Shown in pieces: positions 39,531-51,599 of a DNA stretch of 64,000 nucleotides (the stretch's first letter is position 1; every line of letters begins with the position of its first letter). The DNA is from Dicyema japonicum. Taxonomy: Eukaryota > Animalia > Dicyemida. Under the pieces are notes generated by a model. The model saw only the letters and a program-made list of their open reading frames with translations, made no database searches and had not been told where the DNA came from. Location of the stretch: NCBI GenBank assembly GCA_011109175.1, contig RDEW01000016.1:71743-135742 (forward strand), read 5' to 3'. Made by a program: the position numbers and the translations under genes.

Positions 39531-40700
39531 ATGATTGGCCTGATTATATTTACTTGCCCATTATTTTTTACTTACTTTATTTCGTCATCAATCCATTTCA
39601 AATATGAATCAATCAATGATTTCATCAAAGAGGATGAATATTATGAAATCCAATGGAATAATTTCATGGAACAATATAGTTAAATTAAAATTCACTTTAG
39701 ATAAATCATATTCAGGGTTGGAATACTATGTCAGAAAGGCTATTTTTACAGAACAGCTAAGATTTATTAACAATCACAATTTACTTTCAAAGCAGGGCAT
39801 AGTTACGTTTGATTTAGGAATTAATGAGTTTGCTGACATGGTTAAATTACATTATATTTTCGTAGACAAGAAATGAAATTATCAAACCTACCAAATTATC
39901 TGGTTCGTATATTTCTTATGAATCGTACGAAAATGAATTACTTGAGGATTATACAGTGCATGTAAATGAAATGAGATATCCTTTAAATTTTGATTGGAGA
40001 AAGCGAAACTTTGTTACTAGAATAAAATCTCAGAGACATGGATGCGGCGCATGCTATGCATTTGGCGCTGTTAACGACTGCATAATGTATTTAGTTGGCG
40101 ACGCTGGAGTCGCATTTTGCAATCAAACACAATATTCATGTATCCATGAGCGAACAAAACATTATTGACTGTTCAAAAAATCTTGGATGCAAAGGAGGAA
40201 CTGCAGAACAAGTCTATAAATACGTAATGAAAAACGGAGGAATTAATTCTGAAAAGCGATATCCATATAGGGCTAAGGTATTTTTGCAAATAATTACATA
40301 GGAGGGTAAATGCAAGTATGAGGGAAAACCGAATATTAAATTTAATTTGATTGGTTATAAAAGAATTAAAAATGGTGATGAAAAAATGCTTATGCATGTT
40401 CTCGTGAAGGTCGGTCCTGTTACTGTTGATTTTTATTCTACCTCCCGATTCTTTCAAGTTTATCATCGAGGTAAATATAAATGAAACATTTAAGGAATAT
40501 TCAATATCAAAAATTGTTCCTATTTTAGAACTACACATGTAATGTCTGTTGTCGGTTATGGAATTTTAAAGGGGGGAAAGTATTGGCTTATAAAAAATGG
40601 ATGGGGAAAAAAATGGGGAAGTCATGGATACTTGAAACTGGAACGTGGAAAGAATAACTGCAACTTTCCTACACATGGTATTTATCCTATAATCAAATAA
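39531..40700 (+). CDS. Cathepsin L-like protease, copy 3
   Basis: Same 1170-nt span and introns as copy 1, with CGACYAF. Confidence 0.95.
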
Positions 40701-42264
40701 TTTGACCTTCATATTAGTTTACTTTTGGGTTTAAGTAATTAAATGGTTTAAATAATTTATTGAGTTACTCATGAATTTATTTAATAATTAAATGAGTGTT
40801 CTTACCAGCTTAAATCATGAAAAGTCCGTCTCAATTTTCAGAAGAACTGGGTATTAGGATCACGTATGTGCTCCAACGTCAGCTAAAAAAGGTGGCTTTT
40901 TATGGTAATTATAAGAAAAAATCAAACGATGGTCGTAAAGTAGCCGCCCTCACTGCATAGCTTTTCCTCACAAATGGTTGCAAGAATCATTCAAATAGCG
41001 GAAAGCTTTCATGGAAATCTCCTGGGATGTAAATATCAGATTCCCCATAATCCATGTAATTAAAACGTCAAAGGTGCGATGGAAGTGGATGTTTTAACTG
41101 CAAGTGGAACAAAAAAAACATCATCGGGTAGGAATTCGCTTTGATCTCTCGTCCTTAGAAGCACTTTTGTGTCGGTTCCATAGGACGTATATGTCGGTAA
41201 AGGTGTTCTCCCAGACAAGAGGTTTACTGGATGATGTAAATATCCCTTCTACCCATTCACTTAAATAATAAGTCACGTGATACACAAAAACTTATTTCGG
41301 GGAAAAGAGACACGAGCTTTTTCTTTCCGAACCTTTTATACGAAAAATAATTTTATAAAGAATAATCAAAAATAAAGAAACTTAATCACATATGTTGAAC
41401 CAAACATAGCAATGATTTTTGTCGCAAACTTTTTAAAGTTTATAAACTTTCCAGGAATTTATGAAAAGAAAGTAAGGTATCACAACCTCCAAATAATTAG
41501 CTTTAAGTATAGAATCTGCAATTAAAACGATGGACATACGATAATAGGCGATATTGTGAGAACTTGAACAGAAAAGCAGTAAGGTCAAAGTCGGCACCTA
41601 AAATTTGTCCAAAATCCAAAAGTCCCATCAATATATCAGAGAAGGTATACACGGAAATATCGGAGATTATGTTTCGACTAAACTATTTGAGATCAAATGC
41701 ACAGGTATGTTTAATAGAGATGGTGACGTTGGCTATGAAAAAGCAAAATACGCACGTTCCGGAATTTGTTCACCTACTTCTAGTAAACCCAATATGAAGT
41801 GTGAAAAATTATATTTATTACATGTTATTTCTAGGCGAGTTATCCATCATCGACTAACATTGACAAAAATTTTAAGAAATTCAAAATATTAAGAAAAAAT
41901 TAATTTAAATCGTAAAAATCATTTATATTTATCGAATTAGACAAGTCTCTGCTATTTTATTGAATAACATTACCATCTTTGTTTTTCAATATAACCATTT
42001 CGGTTGGAAGAGATTGCTTTGACGTATTAAATACAGATATTCATATTTCATTCAGTGTTACTTATCGAGTTTCATTCAGAGCATGTTTTACATATCTGAC
42101 CAGGAAATTCTAAAATATTTTAAAAAATATTTGATTTGCATAAATTTTTTTAAATTTAATACATTCTGATTTATTGGAATAACCTTTAGCGGATTATTGA
42201 AAACAACTTTGTAGAAAAGTTTCATAAGTACGATTTATAGGTCAGAGAGCTCAAACTATTATGA

Positions 42265-42570
42265 TCAGTTCGTCAATCCACAATGTGTTATGCCAGAATG
42301 AGTTTTTCTGTGTTGAGTCAAATTGAGACACAGGCTCCACTCCTGGCGGTGTCCATATGTCAATTCGTTTAAGTTTCAGCTTAGCAAACCATACTGGCCC
42401 CAGAGCACAAAGAAATTGGTTTCCCAGAAGCAACCCACTAATGTACTAATACTTGTTAGCTAAGAACTAGTTTGACGTTTATGTTTGAAATACGACGTTT
42501 TCTTATCAGCTTCGATGCTCTACTTTCGTTCTTGGTTGATGAAAACATCACTTTATCTCAGCAAGACATT
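42265..42570 (-). rRNA. Degenerate 18S rRNA fragment, array unit after copy 3
   Basis: Same 18S blocks as the other units, with additional substitutions. Confidence 0.85.
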
Positions 42571-44593
42571 CCATTATGAACCTGAATATAATGGAACACG
42601 TATAGCCAATAAAATCAATGTTCAATAATCATTTAATTCCGTTCATAACCATATATCGTGATAAATTATCATTTCAAACCAAACCATTGCTACCAATTAT
42701 TATCAGCATTGATCACATCAGCAATCAGTTCGATTCAATCACATCCAGCTATTACGACCACAGTGAATGCAGTTGAATTATGCTTCAACCGAAGATCTCG
42801 ACTATTTGCGCAATATAAGTGGATTTGAATTAGTTTTGTCAATTTACTTGAGAGATTGATAGCAAATCTCGTCAAGGTTCTGAGATCCTCAGGAGCGTCT
42901 TTGATTCCGTGAACGCCTCTGTATTGCACTTGAAATAGATGTGTATTTTCAATGCCGGCTAGGATAGGGCGTCTCCTGAGTAATGTTAATCCAATGACGT
43001 CACCAAAAGGTAAAATCTTCAATAAGGTAGCCATATGGCTCATTAGTTACGTCGATTATTTGACGTCTTTGTATTACTGGTTTCTGACCTTATCTTTCTT
43101 AGACGTCTGATTTTCGTTTGGTCTCCATTATGGTCTCCAAATGCGAGAATATAGCAAAACTTACTAATTCCGTAGTCCAGACATGTGCCGTAAACCCTTA
43201 TCTAAGTACATTTATCCTNCGACGTCTTTGTATTACTGGTTTCTGACCTTATCTTTCTTAGACGTCTGATTTTCGTTTGGTCTCAATTAATGCCTCATAG
43301 ATGAGAATATAGCAAAACTTACTAATTCCGTAGTCCAGACATGTGCCGTAAACCCTTATCTAAGTACATTTATCCTTTCATGGTAGTATGAAAAGATAGA
43401 ACGTGTTGAGTTAGGTGGTTCTGCTACTAGATGTTAAAAAACTTTCTAATCAAATAGCCACATGTTTGCACACAACATCACGAAGCTATTATCATGGTTA
43501 TTTATTATTTATTAAACAACCCAAGACCACTGTGAAAACCAAACTATCTCGTTATCCCATGCATTACATTATTATTTTTTTTATAAATTTAATTTTATAA
43601 TTGTAAAAAAATGTTGCATCGGGATTATGTTAAAAGACATAACGAAGTCGTGAGGTGTTCACATTTACACTTTTGCATAGAGTTTGGTCTCAAAAACGAG
43701 AAGAAACTGAAAACTCATTCAGTGCAATCCATTGAAATGATTGACTCAGTTGACATTTTATCAAATTGGATATAATTATTGAGCATAACAAGACAAACCT
43801 GTTCATTTATAATAAATAGAGAAACAATATTATCTTGTNNNNNNNNNNNNNNNNNNNNNNNNNNNNNNNNNNNNNNNNNNNNNNNNNNNNNNNNNNNNNN
43901 NNNNNNNNNNNNNNNNNNNNNNNNNNNNNNNNNNNNNNNNNNNNNNNNNNNNNNNNNNNNNNNNNNNNNNNNNNNNNNNNNNNNNNNNNNNNNNNNNNNN
44001 NNNNNNNNNNNNNNNNNNNNNNNNNNNNNNNNNNNNNNNNNNNNNNNNNNNNNNNNNNNNNNNNNNNNNNNNNNNNNNNNNNNNNNNNNNNNNNNNNNNN
44101 NNNNNNNNNNNNNNNNNNNNNNNNNNNNNNNNNNNNNNNNNNNNNNNNNNNNNNNNNNNNNNNNNNNNNNNNNNNNNNNNNNNNNNNNNNNNNNNNNNNN
44201 NNNNNNNNNNNNNNNNNNNNNNNNNNNNNNNNNNNNNNNNNNNNNNNNNNNNNNNNNNNNNNNNNNNNNNNNNNNNNNNNNNNNNNNNNNNNNNNNNNNN
44301 NNNNNNNNNNNNNNNNNNNNNNNNNNNNNNNNNNNNNNNNNNNNNNNNNNNNNNNNNNNNNNNNNNNNNNNNNNNNNNNNNNNNNNNNNNNNNNNNNNNN
44401 NNNNNNNNNNNNNNNNNNNNNNNNNNNNNNNNNNNNNNNNNNNNNNNNNNNNNNNNNNNNNNNNNNNNNNNNNNNNNNNNNNNNNNNNNNNNNNNNNNNN
44501 NNNNNNNNNNNNNNNNNNNNNNNNNNNNNNNNNNNNNNNNNNNNNNNNNNNNNNNNNNNNNNNNNNNNNNNNNNNNNNNNNNNNNNNNNNNNN

Positions 44594-44874
44594 TGTCAAG
44601 GCACAATCATAGTGTTTTTGGAGCGATCGAGGGTGTTTCGACTTCAATCAAATCTCTGGATTCCTCGTATTACTTGTGTACTGGATTCGATGTCTACTGC
44701 TGTCATGAGCCGTGCATAATGTGTGCTATGGCGTTGTTGCACAGTCGTGTGGGAAGAGTATTCTACATTCATCCATCCCCTAATGGTGCCCTTGGATCAA
44801 AATATTTTCTTCATCGTACTCCCGACTGCCTAAATCATCACTTTGATGTGTATCGGATTAATTTTGTGACTTAA
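44594..44874 (+). CDS. ADAT3: tRNA-specific adenosine deaminase subunit Tad3/ADAT3, 3' part (5' part in gap)
   Basis: [41 protein letters not shown]...LNHHFDVYR. Confidence 0.88.
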
Positions 44875-45905
44875 CTACGAAATGAGGCATTTTTTTTAAT
44901 TTTAGAATATTTTATTTTTTTTGAACAACAGAAAAATTTTAATAAAATCAATGTGGATTTTTTTTGAGTCTTTACTTTTATATTGAGGTGTGCTCTGAAT
45001 AACAGAAGTCTATGTGCTGGAAATGTAAATACTCCACGACGGAATGGTTAATTGGATTTTAAATTTTTTATAATCGCTAAAAACAAATCAGACTACAGCT
45101 ATAGTGGGCATTGCATCCGACGATAACGCTTCCAGTAGATTTATCTCTGTTCGGTGGTTTTTCTGAGTCGCAATTGCATCATCAATTTCATTGATGCCAC
45201 CGTTATTAATTCTTCCAACTCCCCCAGAGGTTTCAAGAGCCATGCAGGTGAAACGAAAGCCATCTTCTAGGACTGAGAACTTATTCAATAATTTAAATAA
45301 TCAAGAAATTTGTTATTAATAAGAATGATAGCCCTTGTTATTTCCCAAAATAGACTTGTCCATTTTCCTCCAAGTTTTTCACCAAACGAGACAGTCTATA
45401 ATACGCTTGTGCGTTATGAAATTTAGTACATCTAGTGTTTCCTAAAGTATAATTTATTCATCCACTCAANCATCCTCTAGGACTGAGAACTTATTCAATA
45501 ATTTAAATAATCAAGAAATCCCTTAATAATAAGAATGATAGCCCTTGTTATTTCCCAAAATAGACTTGTCCATTTTCCTCCAAATTTTTCACCAAACGAG
45601 ACAGTCTATAATACGCTTGTGCGTTATGAAATTTAGTACATCTAGTGTTTCCTAAAGTATAATTTATTCATCCACTCAAGGAGAGAAGGAAGCATCATAC
45701 AGATCATGAAGAACTTAAGATATTATTGCAATAGGCGCACTTCGCCACCTGATCATTGAAAAAATTTCTTAACTCACAAGATTTATTTAATTTTTTATTT
45801 TTTTTTAATTTAAATTTTTTTAAAAACCTTTATACACATTAACTAAAGAATTTAATAAAATCGTAAAAATCAAATTAACAAATTTAAATTTCACAATACA
45901 AAACA

Positions 45906-48900
45906 CTAATAAACTCCAATCCCACGAAGATAACCAACAACATGTTCACGCTTGGCCGACGGACACGCCTCAATTAAAGAATTCAACTAAAATAACACAA
46001 AATATTACAATGGCGATATTCTGCGCAGCAAATTTCTTCAAACACTGGGCGAACATTTCTTCACAATCAGCACTAGCAAGTGGATCGATGATACTCGTAC
46101 CAGCAGAGGTCAAAATCGACATGGAAATTTTTAAATTTTCTATGTTAAACCACCAACCAACCTTCTTGTCGCTGAACATGCTCAGTTCTGTTGACAAAGA
46201 ATTGGAGTTTCTTATCCAAAGCGGCATCCGGACGTATTATATAAACTGAATTAACGAAAAATGAACTCCTTGGATAACAAACGAGGACAACCAATAAGTG
46301 AGGTATCTTTTGTCGGAATATAACTCGAGAGTGTCGAACAGAAGTCTGGAAAGGCCCGCAAAATATATTTTCTTTTCAACCTCATCAGAGAAGGTGACAA
46401 ACCGTGAGTACAAATGCTTAGCGAAAAAATCAAGAGGCCTACAACAAAAAACGCAATCTACTGCTGTTGGCCGCTCTTTTGAAGAAGAGTCACAACGTAG
46501 GAGGGTCCAAGAATCACAAACAGGGTGAAAATAAAATGCCTAAAGACTACACATAACACACACGACTACTTCTTTTGTAAGTCAATATTTTAGTCTGCAT
46601 AAAGCGGTCAATCAGGGATTTGAAGAGTTTCTCAAACAGCAGGAGACAGTCGCTAGAAATTAGTAAAGGGGTAACTTTGGGCACGAAATGAGCAAGGATG
46701 TGAACAAAGAGAACTCGTGTCTCTCATAGCCACACATTTTGATTGGCTTGTAGGCAATTTCAAACAGATCCTCCTGTTATAAAAGCGAGACATGGAAACC
46801 ATTGGGACACAGGAAAGCAGAAATTCCGGATGAATGCACAAATACGCCTTTATAATGCGGAAGAAGGAGGAGATCAGATCAGTGGAGTCAATCAGAGAAC
46901 TTTTAACAAGAAAAGGAAGGAAATTCCGATAAACTTCAGAGAGACTTCCAACGGGATGCTGTTCGATCAAAATTGCCATAATTTGGATTGCGTAAGGTTG
47001 GAGATCTGAGAAATAAAGGCAACCAAACCCGAAATATCGCCGGAAAATATCTTTTCGAAATTTTGTAAACAAAAATTGTTGTAGTGATTCAGCGCTGCAG
47101 AATTACAGGTACATTCAGCCACCAAAACCTTGCAGAAAACTTCAAAGAAATAGTGGATAAACATCGATTTAGAAGGATTCTGTATTATTAACACAAAATG
47201 CTCACAGAAATGATAACCGGCAGCTTGTCTCGAAAGTACACTCGAATGATTTCCAAATATCGAAAAGTATAGCTTTTCGTGGCCTCCGATACTCGCATCA
47301 AACCTGAAAGGATAAAACCAAGGACAACTCTTGATCGCATAAATATTGTCGTCAAGGTTGGGGTTACTGAGGACATTTAGGATGGCCGGGTAATAGGCGT
47401 TCAGATAAATCATATTGTTAGCCTCCAGCTGTCTAGGGACATTTGGCAAGGAAAACACTTAGAAGTCGCCGCAAAGTCATTGATTGAAAGATAGCTGTCA
47501 ATCAGAATCGAAGCATAGGAGTGCACAACAACGACGGGGGACCGCAGGAACATGACAGCCTTGTCAAGAATCGCACACTTTTCTTGGCCATTGAACTAGA
47601 ATGTTTATAAATGAGGAAAACCGTGTTTTTAAAGCTAATGAGGTATCTCAGGACGTCTACCTTGATGAAGGCGTACTCACGAACAGTTAACTCGGCCTCG
47701 TCTAAAGGTGTTAAACAACAAAGACTTATATTGACCTCATTTTGAATTTTGGAGACAAAAAATGATTTGGGGTTGATAGATGACGTGTGACCAGGAATCT
47801 ACGATGACCATGAAGCGAACGTTTGACTTCCTGGAGGCCAATGAAGTTACAAGGAGCATTGCAGCGTCCATCAACTTCCAATTTTCGAGCCGATTAGAAC
47901 TGTATTTCTGGGGAATTAAAAATGGGAGAACCTCAAACAACTGATCTAGAAAGCCAGAAAATATGTTGATGACACGAGGTTCGTCGATCTGACAAAAAAG
48001 ACTTAAAAGCTGCATCGCAGTCTTTCGGCGTGTCTTGAAATCTATTTAACAGTAAAGGGGGTAACTACAGGATTCCTCGAGGTCTCGTTCAATGTAATCG
48101 AACGGATCTTCGAAAAATAGCCTACAATCGGCGTCTGAGAGTTAAAGACAGGCAAACCATTCAGCTGAATGGAAGGTATGATAATGTCCCTACAGATGGA
48201 TTCCATAATTCCCTGGTTTTTATAAAAAGTAGCGTGGGAGTCCTGGCAGAAAGAGCACAGGTAATTCAATGCGCTTGAAGCCAACTGGGAGTTAGGTGAG
48301 AATATACAGAGTCGTACTGCTGCTCAGATGGGAGCGGGAGAAGCAGTTTACAAACCAGCTGGGCAAATGGTTCAATGTAAGTCGAGTACTCATCTTCATA
48401 ACGCGACGAATACAGTTGGATGCAGTCACACACGTGCTTCTGAAGTTTTGATAGCAGAGTACGAATATTCTACAACACAGAGAATGACTCTACGTTTGGT
48501 GCCGAGACAACCTCACTTGATAGGAGTGCGGCGAACCCACTCATCCAAACAGACATGTTATTTTCAAAAAACTCAGGAATATCCTAAAATAGACGAACAG
48601 AGAACTTGAAAGTTTAGACTATAGAACATCTTGGCTGAAAGTATTAAAGTCGAATAAATATCAGTTTTACTAGGATCACTATCACTGATGTTGGAAAGTT
48701 GCTGACACAAACTCTAGGAATTAGAAAATAATGGGAAATGGTAGATATCAGTCATAAGGATTACTTAGGTAACTAAAAGCACCTCCGCATTTCCCACATG
48801 CATATGAATACTTTAGACTTCGCTATACCGCAACCCCTACTATTCTTTCTACTATTTTCTTCCATCCAATAGTAAAGTAGACAGATTAAGAGTAAGACGG

Positions 48901-49763
48901 AGACATTGATATAGTAAGGTCAATCACTCAGCAACGAATAAATTTAGGCAAAAATTTTATAATTTTTAAAATTAATAAAATAATAAAATATTAGTTTAAA
49001 AATAAAAATGACAAATTTAATAAATAATTTGTTTAAAAAGTGGGAAATATAAAAATTTAAACATACCGTAAAAATCGTAGTGAGTGGAGGAGCAAACTCT
49101 TTCAGCGAAAACTTAATTTCATTCCAAAGTTCATCACAGCGACTTTCATAGCAATATCTAGAATAAGAAACTATAGTAAAGAAAATGTGCTTCAAGCAAT
49201 AAATAAGGGTAAAACCTCTTGAAAATTAGATCTGTCACTGAAAACAGATCCTTGACGCTGGTGATCGGCAAGGAATTTAACTTGGAGACAACGTAGCTCA
49301 GAAGGTCAGGCCAATTCTCCGGGTAATCGACTGCACAAATGGCATTTATAGTCTCCATGAGCTAAATTGAGAAAAACGTGAAATACTTGTTTTTTGATTC
49401 CATCTGGGCTTATGATCAGAAGGTCGATAATCTTCGACTTGATATCATTTTTATTTTCAGACGGGACTTTATTTCTGGAGTCATCACTCTAAGATATCCC
49501 GCCAAAATTACAAATTTGTAATATTTGGTTACATAATTTTTCAGTGTGATGGCCGCAATGTGTCTCGTGTTGTCAGAAAATGTGTTCGCCGACGTGATGT
49601 GGATTAAAATGGATCCGTACTGGGGTAAGTTTTGCTCCGCCTGTTTAATACACTCGGTCGCTAATATATTTACGCATCACTAACCATCTTGTCTGATTTT
49701 GGGGTCCACACTGCATCCATTTTCTAAATACATGGCGATTTGATTTGCGTAATTTTGATCCAT
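45906..49763 (-). CDS. CSE1L: Exportin-2 / CSE1
   Basis: Importin-beta N-terminus IAAITLKNYV, DYPENWPDLL, DELWNEIKFSLKEFAPPLT and FEDPFDYIERDLEES..TRR. Many 22-27 nt introns (e.g. 49661-49684). Confidence 0.93.
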
Positions 49764-49901
49764 CGATAACTAACAAAGACAATTTGATTGTGCTGCACTT
49801 TTAATATTTTTTAAATAAATAATTTATTAATTTTATCTAAATTTTTAAATATTAATAATTTAAATTGGGATGTATGTTGTTTATTTTTATTTGTAGATCT
49901 C
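49764..49901. promoter_or_regulatory. Putative ~140-bp AT-rich bidirectional promoter between CSE1L and MRPS12
   Basis: Head-to-head ATGs at 49763 (-) and 49902 (+). Confidence 0.55.
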
Positions 49902-50594
49902 ATGTTAAAATTAGGGTCCATCGCGAAGCTTTGTTGCCGATACTTGTCAGCTCCAAATCTTCTGGCCAAGAACTTCAGTTTGAACCCGATTTCATGTGAT
50001 TCACCTTCTAATCAGTTCGCATTTTACGTGTAATTTAGTACTTTGGCGAAATTTATCGGATCGGGGTCATTTTTTAAAAACTTGTCACCAGAAATTTCAA
50101 ATTCGGGCAAATTGCTACATTTAAGAGTTAATCTGGCTATTTTCTCACTCCGCAATTATTCGATTTTACTGTCAACTTTCAGTCCAAGGTCACGTGACTC
50201 CAGTTACCCAAATTCTAATTTTTCCTGGCAAATTGGTGATTCTACGCAGCGAGGTCATGCCACGCTTTCACAAATGCACAGAACGGGCCCATTAAAGAAG
50301 AGATACAAGAAACGAAGCATAATGAGAGGGAGGCCATTTTATAAGGGAATTGTTATCAGAACGCTCGTAAGAAAGCCGAAGAAGCCCAATTCGGCAAACA
50401 GAAAGTGTGTTATTGTCCGCCTTTCTGATGGTCGTACCTCTATCGCTTATGTCCCCGGTGAGAGGCATACCTTACAAGAACATGATGTGGTCCTTATAGA
50501 AGGCGGAAAGCTCAAAGACGTGGCTCACGTATGGCTCAGGGTTGTGAGAGGGAAATATGACTGTCCACACGTCAACAAGAAAAAATCTAAATGA
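49902..50594 (+). CDS. MRPS12: Mitochondrial ribosomal protein uS12m
   Basis: Intron 50015-50038. Long N-terminal extension, then [11 protein letters not shown]...[13 protein letters not shown]...[10 protein letters not shown]...VVRGKYDC. Confidence 0.95.
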
Positions 50595-50670
50595 TTTTTA
50601 TTCTAACAATTAATTTTTGTTATTTAATTTTTTTTAAATATTTTAAATAATTACAATTTGTCGTGTTGTC

Positions 50671-50925
50671 ATGTCAAGTCTAAAGTAAATAATTTTAATA
50701 TATAAATTGAATTAAACTTAAATTATTCCTAGGAATGTTCTCGTCAAACTTATTAGCGCTTCTGGGACAGGACATACATTGCTGAAAATTAGATCAAAAA
50801 CGATGGACAAATTGGAAATTGTGCATTTTGATCCCTGGGGTATAAAATCCATTTTTAGTATAGCACGCAAAAATTGTCTGTACAAAGAAATTGCCAAATT
50901 GCATACAATCAAGAAACGACGATGA
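50671..50925 (+). CDS. MRPL33: Mitochondrial ribosomal protein bL33m
   Basis: Introns 50685-50732 and 50840-50863 give MSSLKNVLVKLISASGTGHTLLKIRSKTMDKLEIVHFDPWARKNCLYKEIAKLHTIKKRR. Not present in the supplied ORF track. Confidence 0.88.
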
Positions 50926-50959
50926 TTTTAACATTATTTAAAATTGTTTATTTGTTAAC

Positions 50960-51400
50960 CTCGAAAGTTTAGCTTCTTCAATTTTTGGCGGCTCTATGCC
51001 ATGATCCGTAACCTGTCAAGGTCCTCCTAGTCCCTGAGGCTTCTCTCGATATCTTTAAGCTCTTTGTCAATGACGGTCTGTAGGGCTTTAGGGTTGGTTA
51101 TCCCGGAGAGTGATCCTCGTTGCCATCCACAGATTCAGACGAGGTATATGTTCGAACAGCCTCTATCTTGCTTCCAAAATCTCGAACGAAATCACTGTGG
51201 TCCTCGTTTTATTACAAAGATCAATGACGGTCTGTAGGGTTTTAGGGTTGGTTATCCCGGAGAGTGATCCTCGTTGCCATCCACAGATTCAGATGAGGTA
51301 TATGTTCGAACAGCCTCTATCTTGCTTCCAAAATCTCGAACGAAATCACTGTGGTCCTCGTTTTATTACAAAGAATTTCGGGCTAAAAAATTTGACATCC
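50960..51400 (-). mobile_element. 3' fragment of an RTE-like LINE with an internal tandem duplication
   Basis: PKTLQTVIDKELK...EDLDRLRIMA resembles the end of ORF 12229-12912. Confidence 0.6.
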
Positions 51401-51599
51401 TAACTATACTTTGTATCTTGAATAGTCCTCATAAAGTTCTCTTTTTTTTCAACTCACTAGAGAGCCTCTGACATTGAACGTCATGGGGAGAAGTCTAGTC
51501 CTTGAATTCCATGTTTTCCACAAATAGTGTGAAGACCAACATTACCACCTCAACCAAAAAAGACACCGTTATCCCAAAGAAAATTGAAATTAATTTCGT

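Larger units (their letters stand above)
27270..43838. repeat. Tandem array of a ~5-kb mosaic unit: 18S fragment, segment C, RLE-LINE 3' end, cathepsin L, segment D, hAT and LINE scraps
   Basis: Cathepsin ATGs at 29161, 34496 and 39531, with shared flanking blocks in mostly conserved order. Interrupted by gaps and single-N junctions. Confidence 0.88.

Noticed and set aside
27270-43838. Helitron or LINE 3' transduction as the array mechanism
   Set aside because: No Helitron TC/CTRR ends, hairpin or Rep-helicase were seen, and the cathepsin introns are retained, which excludes an RNA intermediate.
37364-44719. Long ORFs in the track spanning N runs
   Set aside because: Artefacts of the assembly gaps.
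20040-45680. Short tandem duplications flanking single N bases (e.g. 20084, 20696, 24643, 27901, 28996, 30893, 32370, 32669, 35486, 37025, 38580, 43219, 45470)
   Set aside because: Each duplication starts at a 1-N scaffold join. This is typical of unmerged overlapping contig ends or haplotypes, not real tandem repeats.
45050-45800. Minus-strand ORF pieces with a faint caspase-like look (YRL...AIILINNKF)
   Set aside because: I could not assemble a consistent spliced frame, and no catalytic QACRG-type motif is present. The region is disrupted by an N-junction. Left unannotated.
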